A stretch of DNA of 28,621 nucleotides from contig CAXIUT010000282.1 of the NCBI GenBank assembly GCA_964035545.1, forward strand, positions 1-28,621. The letters run 5' to 3'. Source of the stretch: Bugula neritina (lineage: Eukaryota; Animalia; Bryozoa). The notes beneath the pieces are model-generated. The model made no database searches and was not told where the DNA came from. It saw only the letters and a list, made by a program, of their open reading frames with translations. Of this stretch, positions 11,285-23,948 are shown one piece after another. The position numbers and the translations under genes were made by a program. Position 1 is the stretch's first letter. Every line of letters starts with the position of its first letter.

Positions 11285-13255
11285 TCAAAATAAAGATTTA
11301 TCAGTAACTATTGGACTTATCTTAAAATCAATCACCTCTTTTCTTTTCATAGATACATCAATATCAAAACTATCTTTATAGTTATAAATTCCCTATCCAT
11401 CTTAAACTCCATTTTTCCACGATCCTTAGTAAACTAACATTCTGTCTCGATAAAAATATCTTCCTTTACCCTAAAACTTTCCATCAACAACTTATCCTTC
11501 ATATAAATCTCCATTTGTATACTTAAAACGACCTAAACCTCTTTGTCTGTCCTCATAAAACTCACCTTCATAGACAGTTCCATCACTGTATCTATAAACA
11601 CCTTGTCCATGTTTTTTATTGTTGAGAAATTATCCAATATATGAATCATTATTTGGCATAAATAGCTATCCTTTGCCTTTAATGACATCTTTTTGCCAAG
11701 TAGCTTTTAATATCAATTGACCGTCTTTACTGAACAAACTTCCTTATCCATTTTTAGCACCCATAGAAAACATGCCTTAAAACCTCTATCTATTTTGATA
11801 AAATATAACCCCTTTATTTTATTTAAAATTATTTCTAAATCCTCCTTTATATATCTCCTGACTACCATACGTAAACAACTCCCCATACCCTTCCTTAACA
11901 TCATCCTTCCATCCTCCAGTATATCTATCTCCATTGCTATAATAATAAATACCATAGCCATGTTTAACTCCATTCAGTATATCACCCTAATATCTCTATC
12001 CATTAGTAAAATAATAAAAACCTTTGCCCTACATCGAATCATTTCGCCACTATCCGCCAAAGATATCACCCTATGAAAATGTGTATATTCCAAGACCTTC
12101 TCTTTGACCATTTTTTAGCTATCCTCGATATGCACTGCCATTTTAGTATAATATCTATTTTGTTTATTTTGATGATAAAATTTGCTATATCTATCTCAAT
12201 CTTTCGTTATTTTTAAGTTTGTCTCTATGGGATATTCGACTGCTATTACATCCTGAATTTTAATCAAATTATGATACTTATTTGATGGTGATATAATTAT
12301 TTGATTTTTTGTTTGATTTAGCGCTTCCTTTCTTTTCACTTCCATATTTATCTTTTAGTTCTTAATAATAATCGACAAAAGATTGTTATTCTTTACACTA
12401 TCTAAGCATAAATTTAATTTTTTTGGATATTTAATGGAATTCCTTATCTTCTTAACATTCTGCAATAGCAGCTAAGTACACTTGAGATACTGGTCGATCA
12501 GAGACCAATTGAAATCAATATAAAATTGATCATTCATACAATAAAGTTCAAATTTCGTAATCTACTCATCCAAAAGATACAATATCTTTAGAACAGATAA
12601 ACCTAGTTTTTGTTGAATCTATTGGTTAGTAGAAGTTATTTAATTTTATCTCTAAGATTATAAAATAGTCTATGGCATTTGCATTCGTGATGATATTTTT
12701 GGTTTTTATTTGTTTTGACGATTTATCATTCTTAGTTCTCTTGTAGTATATATATATTAATGAAAATTAGTATGCTATATTTTGTATTATTGAATAAAAT
12801 TCAAAGGAAGATAGCAAAATCTAATCTATTCATTGATTTACTGATAATGACTAACAGTAATTAACTAATGATCTAAATAAATATAATTCAACTGCATTAT
12901 TTTATTCTATTCTAGCTATATTAACATTTTAATAGTAATATTCAATATATTTCTAATAAAAGAAACCGCCTATTTCTTCTAGATGGTCTTCATATTCTTC
13001 TTAATAAACTAACTGAGAGTCATCTACCCAAATTAATAAACCAACATAAAACAAAATTTATAATTATTTTTCTTGTTGCTTTATACATTACTAATCACAT
13101 ATCCAACAAATTTATGAACATATTTGCAATCGCTAGCAGCATAGTATATCTATATATCTTTAAGATATGTTATCATCTACTGCTAGTACAATAGATATTT
13201 CTTAGCACAAATGTACTTCTTTTTGTTAAGCGTATTTTTAAGAAGAATAAGCTAG
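11285..13255 (-). CDS. Kinase-like (pseudokinase) N-terminal domain fused to ~11 MORN repeats; 20-nt intron 12460-12479; 5' end obscured by telomeric tract 2 (candidate ATG at 13375)
   Basis: LGELILLK..LVYEFGEMTLSEFIK..YLDHELITV..IRFCY..MPE..KLGLSVLKILYL, then MORN units such as YEGDILNGVKHGYGIYYYSNGDR and YIGEFLNNKKHGQGVYRYSDGTV. The frame is open up to the tract with no ATG at the junction. Confidence 0.85.
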
Positions 13256-13337
13256 CCCAACCCCAACCCCAACCCCAACCCCAACCCCAACCCCAACCCC
13301 AACCCCAACCCCAACCCCAACCCCAACCCCAACCCCA
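13256..13337 (+). repeat. Internal telomeric tract (CCCCAA)~13.5
   Basis: Perfect CCCCAA array in left-telomere orientation, 80 nt past the stop of the coiled-coil gene and overlapping the 5' part of the MORN gene. Confidence 0.98.
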
Positions 13338-13416
13338 GGCATTATTATTAATATGAAATTATAATTATCGGACATTTATATAAAATATGATATTTATTGC
13401 AAAATAAATGAGAAAA

Positions 13417-15290
13417 TCACTTTCTAGATTTGTTTATGCCAGCTTTATGCTGTTTTATCATTTAGTTTATTTATTGGAAAGTTTATCTTTTATTATGTTA
13501 GCTCTAAACTTCTTTTTTCACTTTTTTTTAGTTAATTATCTTAGCTTTCAGAAGTTTGTCCTTATATTTTTCATTCGCTTACTAGAGATTATCAATCTAC
13601 TGATGCAATTTTTATATTTAATGAAGACATAATTCAAGATTACTCAAAATTTATCTATTTGACTTTCTAGTTGATCTTTGGTATGATTCAAATGCTAATT
13701 CTATCTTTATTTTTATTATAAATCAGCTTTTTGTCTTTGATATGCAGTCTAATAGGAATACTATTCTTACTTTTTCAATCTATCTTCTTGTAATTATTGC
13801 TGTATCTGTTTTTGTCTTGTTATTTAAAAATATTATCTATTATTTCTTTATAAAATATTAAATTTCAATTTCAACTCTTCCATAGTATTATCCTTTTCCT
13901 TAATGATATTCTCAAACAATGTCTACTTTCCTTTAACTTCAGCCACAAGAATTTCCAACTCTTTATTTTTATGTTCAAGTTATAAAATTCTGTTTTAGTT
14001 CTATTTTTATTGTCCATTATGCATAGTATAATAGTTATTTTTTAATCTTTCATTTTAGTTTCTATAATATTTCATATTTTCCTATAACTATCTATATCTA
14101 TTTATCTGCTCTTACTTATCAAGCCTAAAATGTTCAATAACTTTCTCTTTATCTTGATTTTGCTATTTAAGATCAAAATATTTTTATTCGAGATCTTTTT
14201 CTTTGATTTAATTACGAATTTTATCCTATTTATATCTTTGAATTTAACCCATCAAAGATGTCACCACTTAACTTACTTTCTTTACTTCTTCAGTTCTTTA
14301 TTTAACCTAAATTTATGCTTTATTCAGTTATTTTTTATACCTTTTCAATTATTTCTTATATATTTTTTCTACACTCTTCTTCTAAACATCATCACAATGT
14401 CGACATTTTTCAACTCTTTCCACTCTACTTTAACTCTCTATATCCTTCTTTTGACAACGATTAAACATCAAAAGAAAGTTATTGATTTGATTATTCAAAT
14501 TTCTAGCATATAGCTGAACATTATCATAATATTGCTAAGGCTTATCCATGTATATGGGTATTCGAGTAATACTCCGTCCTATTCTTTAAGCCTAAATATT
14601 CAATTTTAATTTTTACTAGCTGGTAAGCAAAGGAGATGAAATTTGAATGCTTTCAATATTATTTTTTAAAGATCTAAGGTACTGTTAATATAACTAGCAT
14701 GCTTCAAGAGATTATATCTTCTAAGAAATATCTTTTTTGATTTTACTATGAGAAGGAAGTTCATTTCTATATTTGTATCTTTTAGTTGAACCTTGAGAAG
14801 GATTTCTTTTCATTCTTGAAGGCTATGAATCTTATGATTAACTTAGTTAAAATCTAGCCTGCTTTTTAGCTGATTTACTATCAACACTAAAAGAAAATTC
14901 TTTTACTTAATTAAATTTATTCTTAGTTTGGGTTGATATTTATTTAGTAGGACTTTGATGCTTACCTCTTGAACTTGAATGACTTTTATATCTGTGAGAA
15001 GAAGAGGGAGATTTATCTTTCTTCATTTTTCTACACACTGACATATCAAGACCTTATGACGACTTATTATGAGTACTTTTCAGTTATTTAAGCTATTTTT
15101 TAAGAGTAGTTAGTTCCTTAAGTACTTTTTTGATGCTATTGACATTTCTTTGGTCACTATCTTCTTGAATTTTGCTGAAGATGTTGGCAATAGGACGGTA
15201 AGGTTTAATTAGTTCTTTTTGAATGTTGTTTTTGAGATAAGAAGAAACATTAGTGTTTTTTTATCTGAGAGGAGACTTCGTTTTCTTCAT
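13417..15290 (-). CDS. Coiled-coil protein (~620 aa) with a -1 frameshift at 13644-13649
   Basis: ATG at 15290; S/K-rich N-terminus, then heptad E/K/Q/L-rich sequence. The frame hits TGA after ..ESQIDKF, and the coiled coil resumes in the -1 frame (LSNLELCLHEIEKLHQEIDNLEEANEKYK) to TGA 13417-13419. Confidence 0.7.
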
Positions 15291-15325
15291 ATTATAGATC
15301 TAACGCCTATTTTATAATAATTATA
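15291..15325. promoter_or_regulatory. 35-nt divergent intergenic region
   Basis: Between head-to-head ATGs at 15290 (-) and 15326 (+). Confidence 0.45.
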
Positions 15326-15748
15326 ATGAAGTTTGAATTTTAAAGAGATTTTGATGAAGAAAGAATGGAAGAAGATAAAAAATATTCAATGGTAAAACTA
15401 AAGAAAGAAGTATAATATTCAATGAATTATCAAAATAAATTAAATAAATTACTCAAAGCCGAAGTGTATAAACTGTAGACATTAGCTAAAAGATAAATGA
15501 TTGATAACCAATAAGAACAAGTATAGTTGCCTATGAAATAAGATAAGAAATAATAGATCAAACAATAAAAATCACTAAAAGAATAGAATAAACAAAAAAG
15601 AATAAATGTAAATCGAAAACCAAGCAGAAGAGTAACAGATCTTTTGATGAGCAGAGGATATCCAACAACTGCCAAATCAAAACAATACTAACCAACTCAA
15701 ATCAACAAATCACTACGTCTTCCTAATCGATTCAAAACAAACCAATGA
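15326..15748 (+). CDS. Hypothetical protein, 140 aa, charged/coiled-coil
   Basis: ATG to TGA frame MKFEFERDFDEERMEEDKK...LRLPNRFKTNQ filling the gap between two minus-strand genes. Confidence 0.6.
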
Positions 15749-15840
15749 AAATCATAAAACAATTGATTGATTGCTTTATTATCATATGTATTTCAAAAAA
15801 AAAATAAAAAATAATTTTTCACAAAAATTTGATTTATCGA

Positions 15841-18800
15841 TCATTCAAATGCTATAATAGGATGTCCTGGAGTTACATTAGAAAACATTTATTTCCATAA
15901 TTTGGTTTCTTTTTCTGGAGCATCATTTACTTAAACAAACTAAATATGATAAAATTTACTTCGATTTCGACAGGAAACTCTTTTTTAATATTTAAGACAA
16001 AACTAGTTAAGACTTTTAGCTCATTAAAAGGTAGGCATTATTATAAAACTTCTGAACCTCTAACTTTGTATTACTTTTAAATAAAACCTGCAAATTTAAA
16101 AAGTTTATTCTTTTACTATTTATTCTTTATCTGAATTTCATCTCGCCATTTTGAATTAATTTATCCATTTTTTATTTGACTCTTTAAAAAGTTAAGCATC
16201 TCTACCTGATACTCTTGAAATTTATTTCGGTAAATTATTAATCCTTTCTTTATTTTAGGAACCTCACCTTTCTTAGACTTTGATGCTTCATTATAAGCTT
16301 ATCTAGCTAAAACCATGAATTTATGAAAATATTGATGAGATCTGATTAGTCCATAGTTAATTTATCCTTTGGGTTTAGGAAAAGGGCAATTTCCAAGGAG
16401 TTAACTGTAATTTTTATATTAAATAGCAAAGGAAAGGAAATAATCAATATAGGCTATTTAACAAAAGTGAGGGCATATTGGGTAGAGGAAGATAAGCTGA
16501 AGATAAATGTACCTTTAAATAAGATCAATTCTTGGCTTGTCTTGGTCACAGTTAAAGAGATAAAGATCTTTCATACTTGAAAAATCATGAAATCCATACT
16601 TAACAACATCTCTGTAGACCATTTTTTCATAGGCTTATCTCACTTTATTTATCTGATCTTCCATCTAGTTCTCAAATATATCATCAAAACGAGATAAACT
16701 TTCGTTTTCAGCTTGACCAACTCTATAAGTTTTTCTTCCTTCCATTACTTTGACCAGGAACATCTCGAGAGTAGATAATTGCATAATTCCAGCATTTGCA
16801 TTTTCTGATGTAAAATTAGCATCATTTATACTATCTCCAGCCATAGCACAAGCTAATCTAGCTGAATCAGCACCATATTATTAAACTGCTTTTTCGAGAG
16901 TTATAAAGTTTCCCTTACTTTTACTCATTTTTTATCCTTCAACGTTTATATAGCCATTGCAATAATAACCTCTGGGCCAAAAAGATTCATCATCCCAAAT
17001 AGCTGCATGATTGAAAAGAGCCATAGTTAAATGATTTTTTATGAGATCTTTAGCTGAACATCTTAAATCCATTGGATACCAATACAAAAATGATTATCTA
17101 CATTTATCTAGCTTATAATTAGGTATTTTTTCACTCGTATATTTTGCTCCAAGGAAAATATGACTCCAAAAATCATGAGTTAAATCTTCAGATCGTATCC
17201 CGAGTAAACCTGGAAGTGAGCCATCTAAATCACCTTGTAAAAGATGACAAATTGTATAATAAGCAAAATATATGGTACTGTCTGAAAGAGACTCAATTAA
17301 GTATTGCTCATCAAAAGGAAGCTTTGTTCCAAGTCCAAAAGATCGAGAACATCCCCACTCACGAAGCCAGTTAATTGTATAAATTAAATCTTTATGTAGT
17401 GTTTCACTATTGCATTTAAAATTCTTTGTAACATGGTTTAATACTCTTTTTTTCCATTCTTAATCAGCATAGTTCAAATACCATTGGTCAATGAAGCTGA
17501 CAACACATACGTCTCCTGATCTTGATACAACATGACCTCCAGGCTAATAGTAAGTTATGGCATATCCTTTTTATATAAGCTCCTTTTTAGTTAAATTTTT
17601 AGCTTCTGAAACTTTAGAACCAGCAAAATTCCCTATTATCATCACTCCTTCATGGAAACCTTTCTTATATGCTTCATCTTTAGCCTTAGCAAGTAACTCA
17701 TGATCGTTTTGACTCTTTATTTTCATTTTTTCACATAAGGTTAAAGCTGTTAGGTTGCCATAACTTGTTTCAATAAGAGGAATAGGTTAAGGAGCAACCA
17801 TTTATTATTTTATTCCAAATTTTTAACGAAGAGCTTTTTTATTTCTAAGGTCATACGTAGCCATCCAATCATCAGGAGAATCGCTTGGTACACATGTTAC
17901 AACTCCAGTTCCTTTTTCCATGGATATTGTCATCATCGGTAAAGTATAAATCTTTTAATGAATAGCATTAGGTGCTTTTAAAGGAAGGCCTAAGAGTTCT
18001 TCTCCTTTAAAAGTATCAATGATATTAATTTTTTCATCTTCTTTAGTTTGACCCTGAAAAGATAAATTTTAAGCTGAACGTTCGCTACAGATAAATATTG
18101 AAGAATCTTTCATTTAGAGAGCAATATAGTCACCTGTTGGGAGTAAAAAGCAGCTTGTTTGACCGTACATAGTCTCTGGTCTTAAAGTTGCTGCTACTAA
18201 AAAGACTTCTTTGCCTTCTAAAGTTTTATTCATTCTTTAGTTTAATGCTAAAACTCTGATTTTAATGAGAGTATATTCGTCCGGTACAATACCATCTCCT
18301 TCAGATCTATCATCATCAGCACATATCTGTTTATCTTTTGGAGAATATATCGAAGGCCTATATATTTATATTTAATTACCTTTTTCCAAATTTAATGAAG
18401 CCTTTTTCTTTTAGGACTGTGAACTGCCACCTAATAAAAGAATCATAATAGGGATTGTTTTCAGTTGTGATAAAAGAACGACTATGATCTACATGTAGAC
18501 CAAAATTTTTAATACTTTCTCTTCCAAGAGGAGGAAAAAATTTAGTCCAAAAGTTAGCTTAAGTAAACTTAGGAATAATTTAAGCATCTAAATCCATTTG
18601 ACAAAGTATTTAATATTGATATTTATTTTAACTATCTTTTGGTAAGGGTGGTAGTTCTGGAGGATTTCCATAGGTTTTAAGTTCATATTAAAGTTTTTTT
18701 GCTGCTGCAGAAATAGGCATACCTATATAAATATAAAAGAACCTGTGCAGTGAAATCCAAAAGGAAAAAGAACATTATAACCATTTAATCTTTTATACCA

Positions 18801-18995
18801 GGCATTGAAGTCACACTTAGTCATTGAGAAGGCATGTCCTAGATGTAATTTTCCATTCATATATGGGTAAGGAAAGGTTTGAAAAAACTTAGGTTTCTGG
18901 CTAGGCTATGCAATGAAGAATTGATTTCTTTCCCAGATAGCACGAGCTCGGTTCTCAATAGAGATAAGTTTATCTCTTCGAGCTGTATTCTTCAT
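15841..18995 (-). CDS. LARS: Cytosolic leucyl-tRNA synthetase (1030 aa); introns 18723-18742, 18358-18379, 15940-15959
   Basis: [14 protein letters not shown] (HIGH motif), [58 protein letters not shown] (editing domain), [36 protein letters not shown]. Confidence 0.98.
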
Positions 18996-19117
18996 AGTTA
19001 ATCAAATATGATGCAAGATAATCTATGAAAAACACATTTATTATAATTATATTTCTTTTATATTATTACTTTATAGTGAATTGATATCAATAATAATGAT
19101 TAACTTGATTTTAAGGA

Positions 19118-19193
19118 CCCAACCCCAACCCCAACCCCAACCCCAACCCCAACCCCAACCCCAACCCCAACCCCAACCCCAACCCCTAACCCC
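19118..19193 (+). repeat. Internal telomeric tract (CCCCAA)~11 ending in variant CCCCTAA-CCCC
   Basis: Left-telomere orientation, intergenic, 54 nt beyond the alveolin stop codon. Confidence 0.98.
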
Positions 19194-19247
19194 TTATTTA
19201 TCATAATCACATAAAGAGTCGATCCATTATAAATATGATAATAACGT

Positions 19248-22200
19248 TCATCTTCTATCAAAATAGGCACTCGAGTTATGCAAATCTTTCCGATTCAAAT
19301 TCAAAGTCAAAAACTTAATCTTATTATTTTTCTACTTCAACTACCTCTCCAATTCCATCAACTACCCCTTCAACTCCTCATTCTAATATATCAACTCTCG
19401 ATTCTGATTCCGTTCCTACTCCAACTCCCTATGCAAATCAATCACCCCATCCCCTCGATTCTTCCTCGACACCAACTATATCTTCAGACGATTGACTTCC
19501 TTGGTCAAACCAGTGATCTCCGCAATCAAATTCAATTTCTAGTTATCAGCTTCAATCATCCTTCTCTAACACTGCTTGACTGACTACTACAATGAACCAA
19601 TATACTGTTAATCATAGCTATGGTTTCTTCCGTTTGACCGTCCATTCGATAGCTCTAATTTAGTAACTTTATGCTCTAAGGCAACAATAGCCTATCTCAA
19701 CTGCTTGCTGGTCCTCTATCTGTATTCAGCATCAATGTATATTTATTCTATAAGTTTAGCCATTTTTTATTTGAGTTAAAATCCATGAATATCCTTCATA
19801 ATTCTTTTGATTTCGATAAGATTAGCTTTCCTACTATACTGCTATCTCATCATATTGGCAGAATAACTTATCTAACTATGTAATTTAGTTCCAGAATTAC
19901 TATATTATAATTTATTGATTCTACCGTTAGCAGATTTAACATCACTATTATATATCTATCTCTATTATTTATGAGGAGAATTAAAACCCTGCTTCTTTAT
20001 TTATCTAACTTTATTCCGATTGCTCATCTTCATATTTTTTAGCTATTTATCAAGTTGCTCTTTCTGGTATTTCAATTCCTATATCAATAACGTTTTTTAA
20101 TCACTCAACTAATATTCCTTTCTAAATTGATCCTGCAATTGCTATAGCTATAATTTAGCAGAATTGAACAATTAAATACAATACTAATTTTACTACTTTA
20201 GATGAATAATATGATTCTATTTCTGCTACAACAACTTCTAATAATTAGCATTGATATGATTCTATTAATTCTACTAAATAAATTGCTACATCTGATACTA
20301 TAATTTCTACTTCTAAAGATTTATGTTTTGAACTGATTGCTCAAGAAGCTCATTAAAATGCTTCTACTTCTCAAGATCTTTACCTAACTGCTATATCAAC
20401 ATTTTTAAGTGCTAGTTTTACTATTTCTAGGATTTAAGATCGTTTATCAGAGACATCAGCTATGATTTGTCTTATTAGTTACGGTAGATCATTGAAGATT
20501 CATATTGACTCACAAGATTTAGTAATTATTTTTTACTGTTGTCAAGTTCAACTGTCTGCTATTGATTTTTAAGATATAACTGTTAACTTTGACAAAGAGA
20601 TTCATTTAGTTTTACTTATATTTGCAGTTTCTAGCTATTAATTTCAATCAATTCCCTCTGCAATGACATCACCTATTCCTGTAAATTGTCTTTAACCAAT
20701 AACAACTATTGCCAATCCTCCATACCAGGTCGACAGGGATTAGACTCCTTCTATGAATCATGTTCTTCATATTTACACCTCAATCTATCAAGTTAATTTT
20801 TTAAACGATCATTCTATTTAGCTAAAACATGATATTAATCTTAACTAATTTATGATTTTTATTTAAGTACACGTTAGTTGAATTCTGGAGGCTGGTTATT
20901 GTAAAAAGATTGATATGAGCGATCAGAAATAACACCTCCTTCGATTTTGACGTTCTAGAAGTTAGATAGCTGAAAATTACCACCAGAACTCGAACGAATC
21001 AACATCTTCTATGGAGAGCTTTACTCCATTTGATTAATCTATGTGTTTTGTTTTATAGTTATCTAGGTTTGCTTTTATTTTGACTATTATTCATTTAGTT
21101 GTTTATGAGATTATTCTTATATATTTGATTCGAGAGAGATATATTTTACTACTTCTACTTCTTTTATTACTTATACTTCTTTTATTTATTGGGGCAGATA
21201 TTTAATTACCTCGACTTATTTAGTTATTTATACTGTTTTTTAGACCTCAACTTCAACTTTTTTTATTACCTATTTAGGTACCTCAACTATGACCTCCTTG
21301 ATAGTATAAACTGGCACTTCTTTAATTACCTATTTTATTATTTAAAGTTCCTTGATAACTTCTACTTCAACTTCCTTGATAACTTAAACCTATCTGATCA
21401 CTTCTACCTCAGATAAAACCTGACTTGGCTCAATATAAACTTCAGCCTCACTATCAGTATAAGTTGTAGATTTAGAATTTTGACCAGCATCTCTGTTCAT
21501 AGTTATTTATATTGGTACTTATTTGATAACTTCAATAATAACTTCTTTTATTACTTCAACTGGTTTTTATTTTATTATTTAGACCTATTTCACTATTTAT
21601 TTGTTGACCTCTATTGGCACTTAAATAGGAATTTATTTGATGATTTCCACTTATTTAATAACCTCTACCACTTTTTATTTTATCTTTTATACTGGAACTT
21701 CCACCTCAACATAAACTTATTGTGGAACCATAACTTCTTTTATCTTCTATATATATTTTATCACTTCAACTTCAATAGTTTTTATGACCTAAATTTACTT
21801 TATCACTTACACTTCTTTTATCTTTTATACATACTCTATCTTTTCAACCTATTTTATTACTTCAACCTATTTTATAACTTCAACCTCTTTAATAACTTCG
21901 ACTTCTTTAATAACTTCGACCTAAACAATTTGAGGCACTTACTTTATTACTTCTCGAATTATTTCCTTTTATTTAAGTACTTCAATTTATACCTATTTAA
22001 TAACTTCAACTATTTTATCTACTTGAATTTCTTTGATCACCTATATCTCTCTTACCACAGGTATTTCTACTATTTTTTAAATTTAAACTATTTTATCTAT
22101 GTACACTGGAACCTCAACAGTTTTTTATATAAAGATTTACTTGGGAACTTCGATTTCTCTTGAAACTTCAATTATATTTTATATTTATACTTCTACTATC

Positions 22201-23948
22201 TTCTATACTGGTACTTCACATATCTTTTAAACTTAAATTTAGACTTATATTATTTTTTAAACTGGAATCTAGATCATTCTCTCGACCTAGATAATTCTTT
22301 AAACTTAGACAATTTTCTAAACTTCAATCTCTCGAACTACTTCGATTATTCTATCAACATAAACTTACACTTAAACTATCTTTTCAACCTCAATTATCCT
22401 CTAAGATATCTGTTCTTGTCCTTAGATTTACTTATAAACAGGAACTTATATTATTTTTTAGACTTAAACTTCTTTTGTAATATAAATAATTTTCTAAACC
22501 TCAACTTCAACTATCTTTTAGACTTACTCTGTCTTTTAGACTGGAACTTATACTATTTTTTAAGTTGGAATTTATACTATTTTTAAAGTTTAAATTTATA
22601 CTATCTTTTAGACTGGAACTTATACTATTTTTTGCACTGGAATTTATACTATTTTTTAAGTTTGAATTTATACTATCTTTTAAACAGGAACTTATACTAT
22701 CTTTTAGATTAGAACTTATACTATCTTCTATATTTCAACTTATACTATTTTCTATATCTAAACTTCAATTATTTTTTATACAGGAACTTATACTATTTTT
22801 TACACTGGAATTTATACTATTTTTTAAGTTGGAATTTATACTATTTTTTAAGTTTGAATTTATACTATCTTTTAAACAGGAACTTATATTATCTTTTATA
22901 TTAAAACTTATACTATCTTTTATATTTCAACTTATACTATTTTTTATATCTAAACTTCAATTATTTTTTATACAGGGACTTATACTATCTTTTCCACCTC
23001 AATAATTCTCTAAACAGGAACTTAAACAACTTTCTAAACTACCACTTCAACAACTTGTGCCATTTAGTCTCTGACTATCTGTTAAGTCTAAAGTTCATAT
23101 GTTTCATCTACTCCTTTTCTGACTATTTTTTCTACTTAAACTATTTTTTCCACTTAGACAATTTTTTAAACTTCAATTGTTTTTTAAACTTAAATAGTTA
23201 TAATTTTTTAAACTTCTATCTATTTAGGTACTTCAACTATTCTTTATACCTCAATAATCTTTTAAACCTCAATAGTCTTCTCAACCTAAACAACTTTATC
23301 TACATAAATAATTTTATCAACCTCAACTATTTTCTCTTTTTAAACTTCTACAATAACAGGCACTTCTATCTATTTGACTACTTCTATCAAAGTAGGAGCT
23401 GTTTGTTCTTATCTTTAAATAAATTTATCCACATAAACTATCTTTTAAACTTAAACTGTAATTGCCTTTTATACTTATACTATTTTTTCAACAAAAAGGA
23501 CTTTTTAAGGTGCCTAAATCTATATCAATTTATAGTTGTCTCGAGATTTAGGTATCTATAATTTCATTGTTTTCTATGCGAAATTTCTCAGTTCATCAGG
23601 TAAAGAAGAATATATTTCTTTGATTTTCAAAAAGTCAATAAGAAGTTGATAATTACAAACCATTGTTTAAAGTTGACTTTTATACTTCTAAAGCTATTAA
23701 TCTTGACTAGTCTTCTTTTTATTTTATTTTATATTTGAAGCTTATTCTTTGCTGAATCTTTGCTATTTAATTTTAGCATATTAATGTCCAGTCTAGTCGG
23801 TATAATATGAAAAAAGATCATCTTAATAAAAGACCTTATTGCATTCTTTAGAATCTCCTTCTATTTACTTAGTAACCCTATCTATTTAATCTTGCAAATG
23901 TTGAGCTTATAGTAACTCCTTCATCTTCTCAGACTTTGACTCAGTCAT
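19248..23948 (-). CDS. Giant alveolin/articulin-like cortical cytoskeleton protein (1566 aa, intronless): EKIVEVP-type repeats plus C-terminal coiled coil
   Basis: One TGA-free frame. Long runs of EKIVEVPV / EKIIEVE / KEVEVIK between ~23500 and ~21140, then ~600 aa of coiled coil. Confidence 0.85.
22535..22990 (-). repeat. Coding tandem repeat, 24-nt unit (8 aa, EKIVE[VI]P[VT]), with a 192-nt higher-order duplication
   Basis: Unit like tatactattttttaagttggaatt. The block starting at 22658 (aagtttgaatttatactatcttttaaacaggaactt...) recurs at 22850. Confidence 0.9.

Noticed and set aside
1057-19193. Internal CCCCAA tracts as ends of a telomere-bearing transposon (TBE/Tel-1-like)
   Set aside because: The tracts are direct rather than inverted, there is no transposase or target-site duplication, and the intervening genes are ordinary cellular genes.
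18996-19247. Small ORF or RNA gene around tract 3 (minus-strand ATG GAT CGA.. and ..GGT CCT TAA AAT CAA..)
   Set aside because: Too short, no recognisable motif or tRNA fold, and the middle is hidden by the telomeric tract.
22535-22990. Regular 24-nt repeat as a CRISPR array or satellite
   Set aside because: There are no unique spacers, the unit is a multiple of three, and it encodes EKIVEVP repeats within an open frame.
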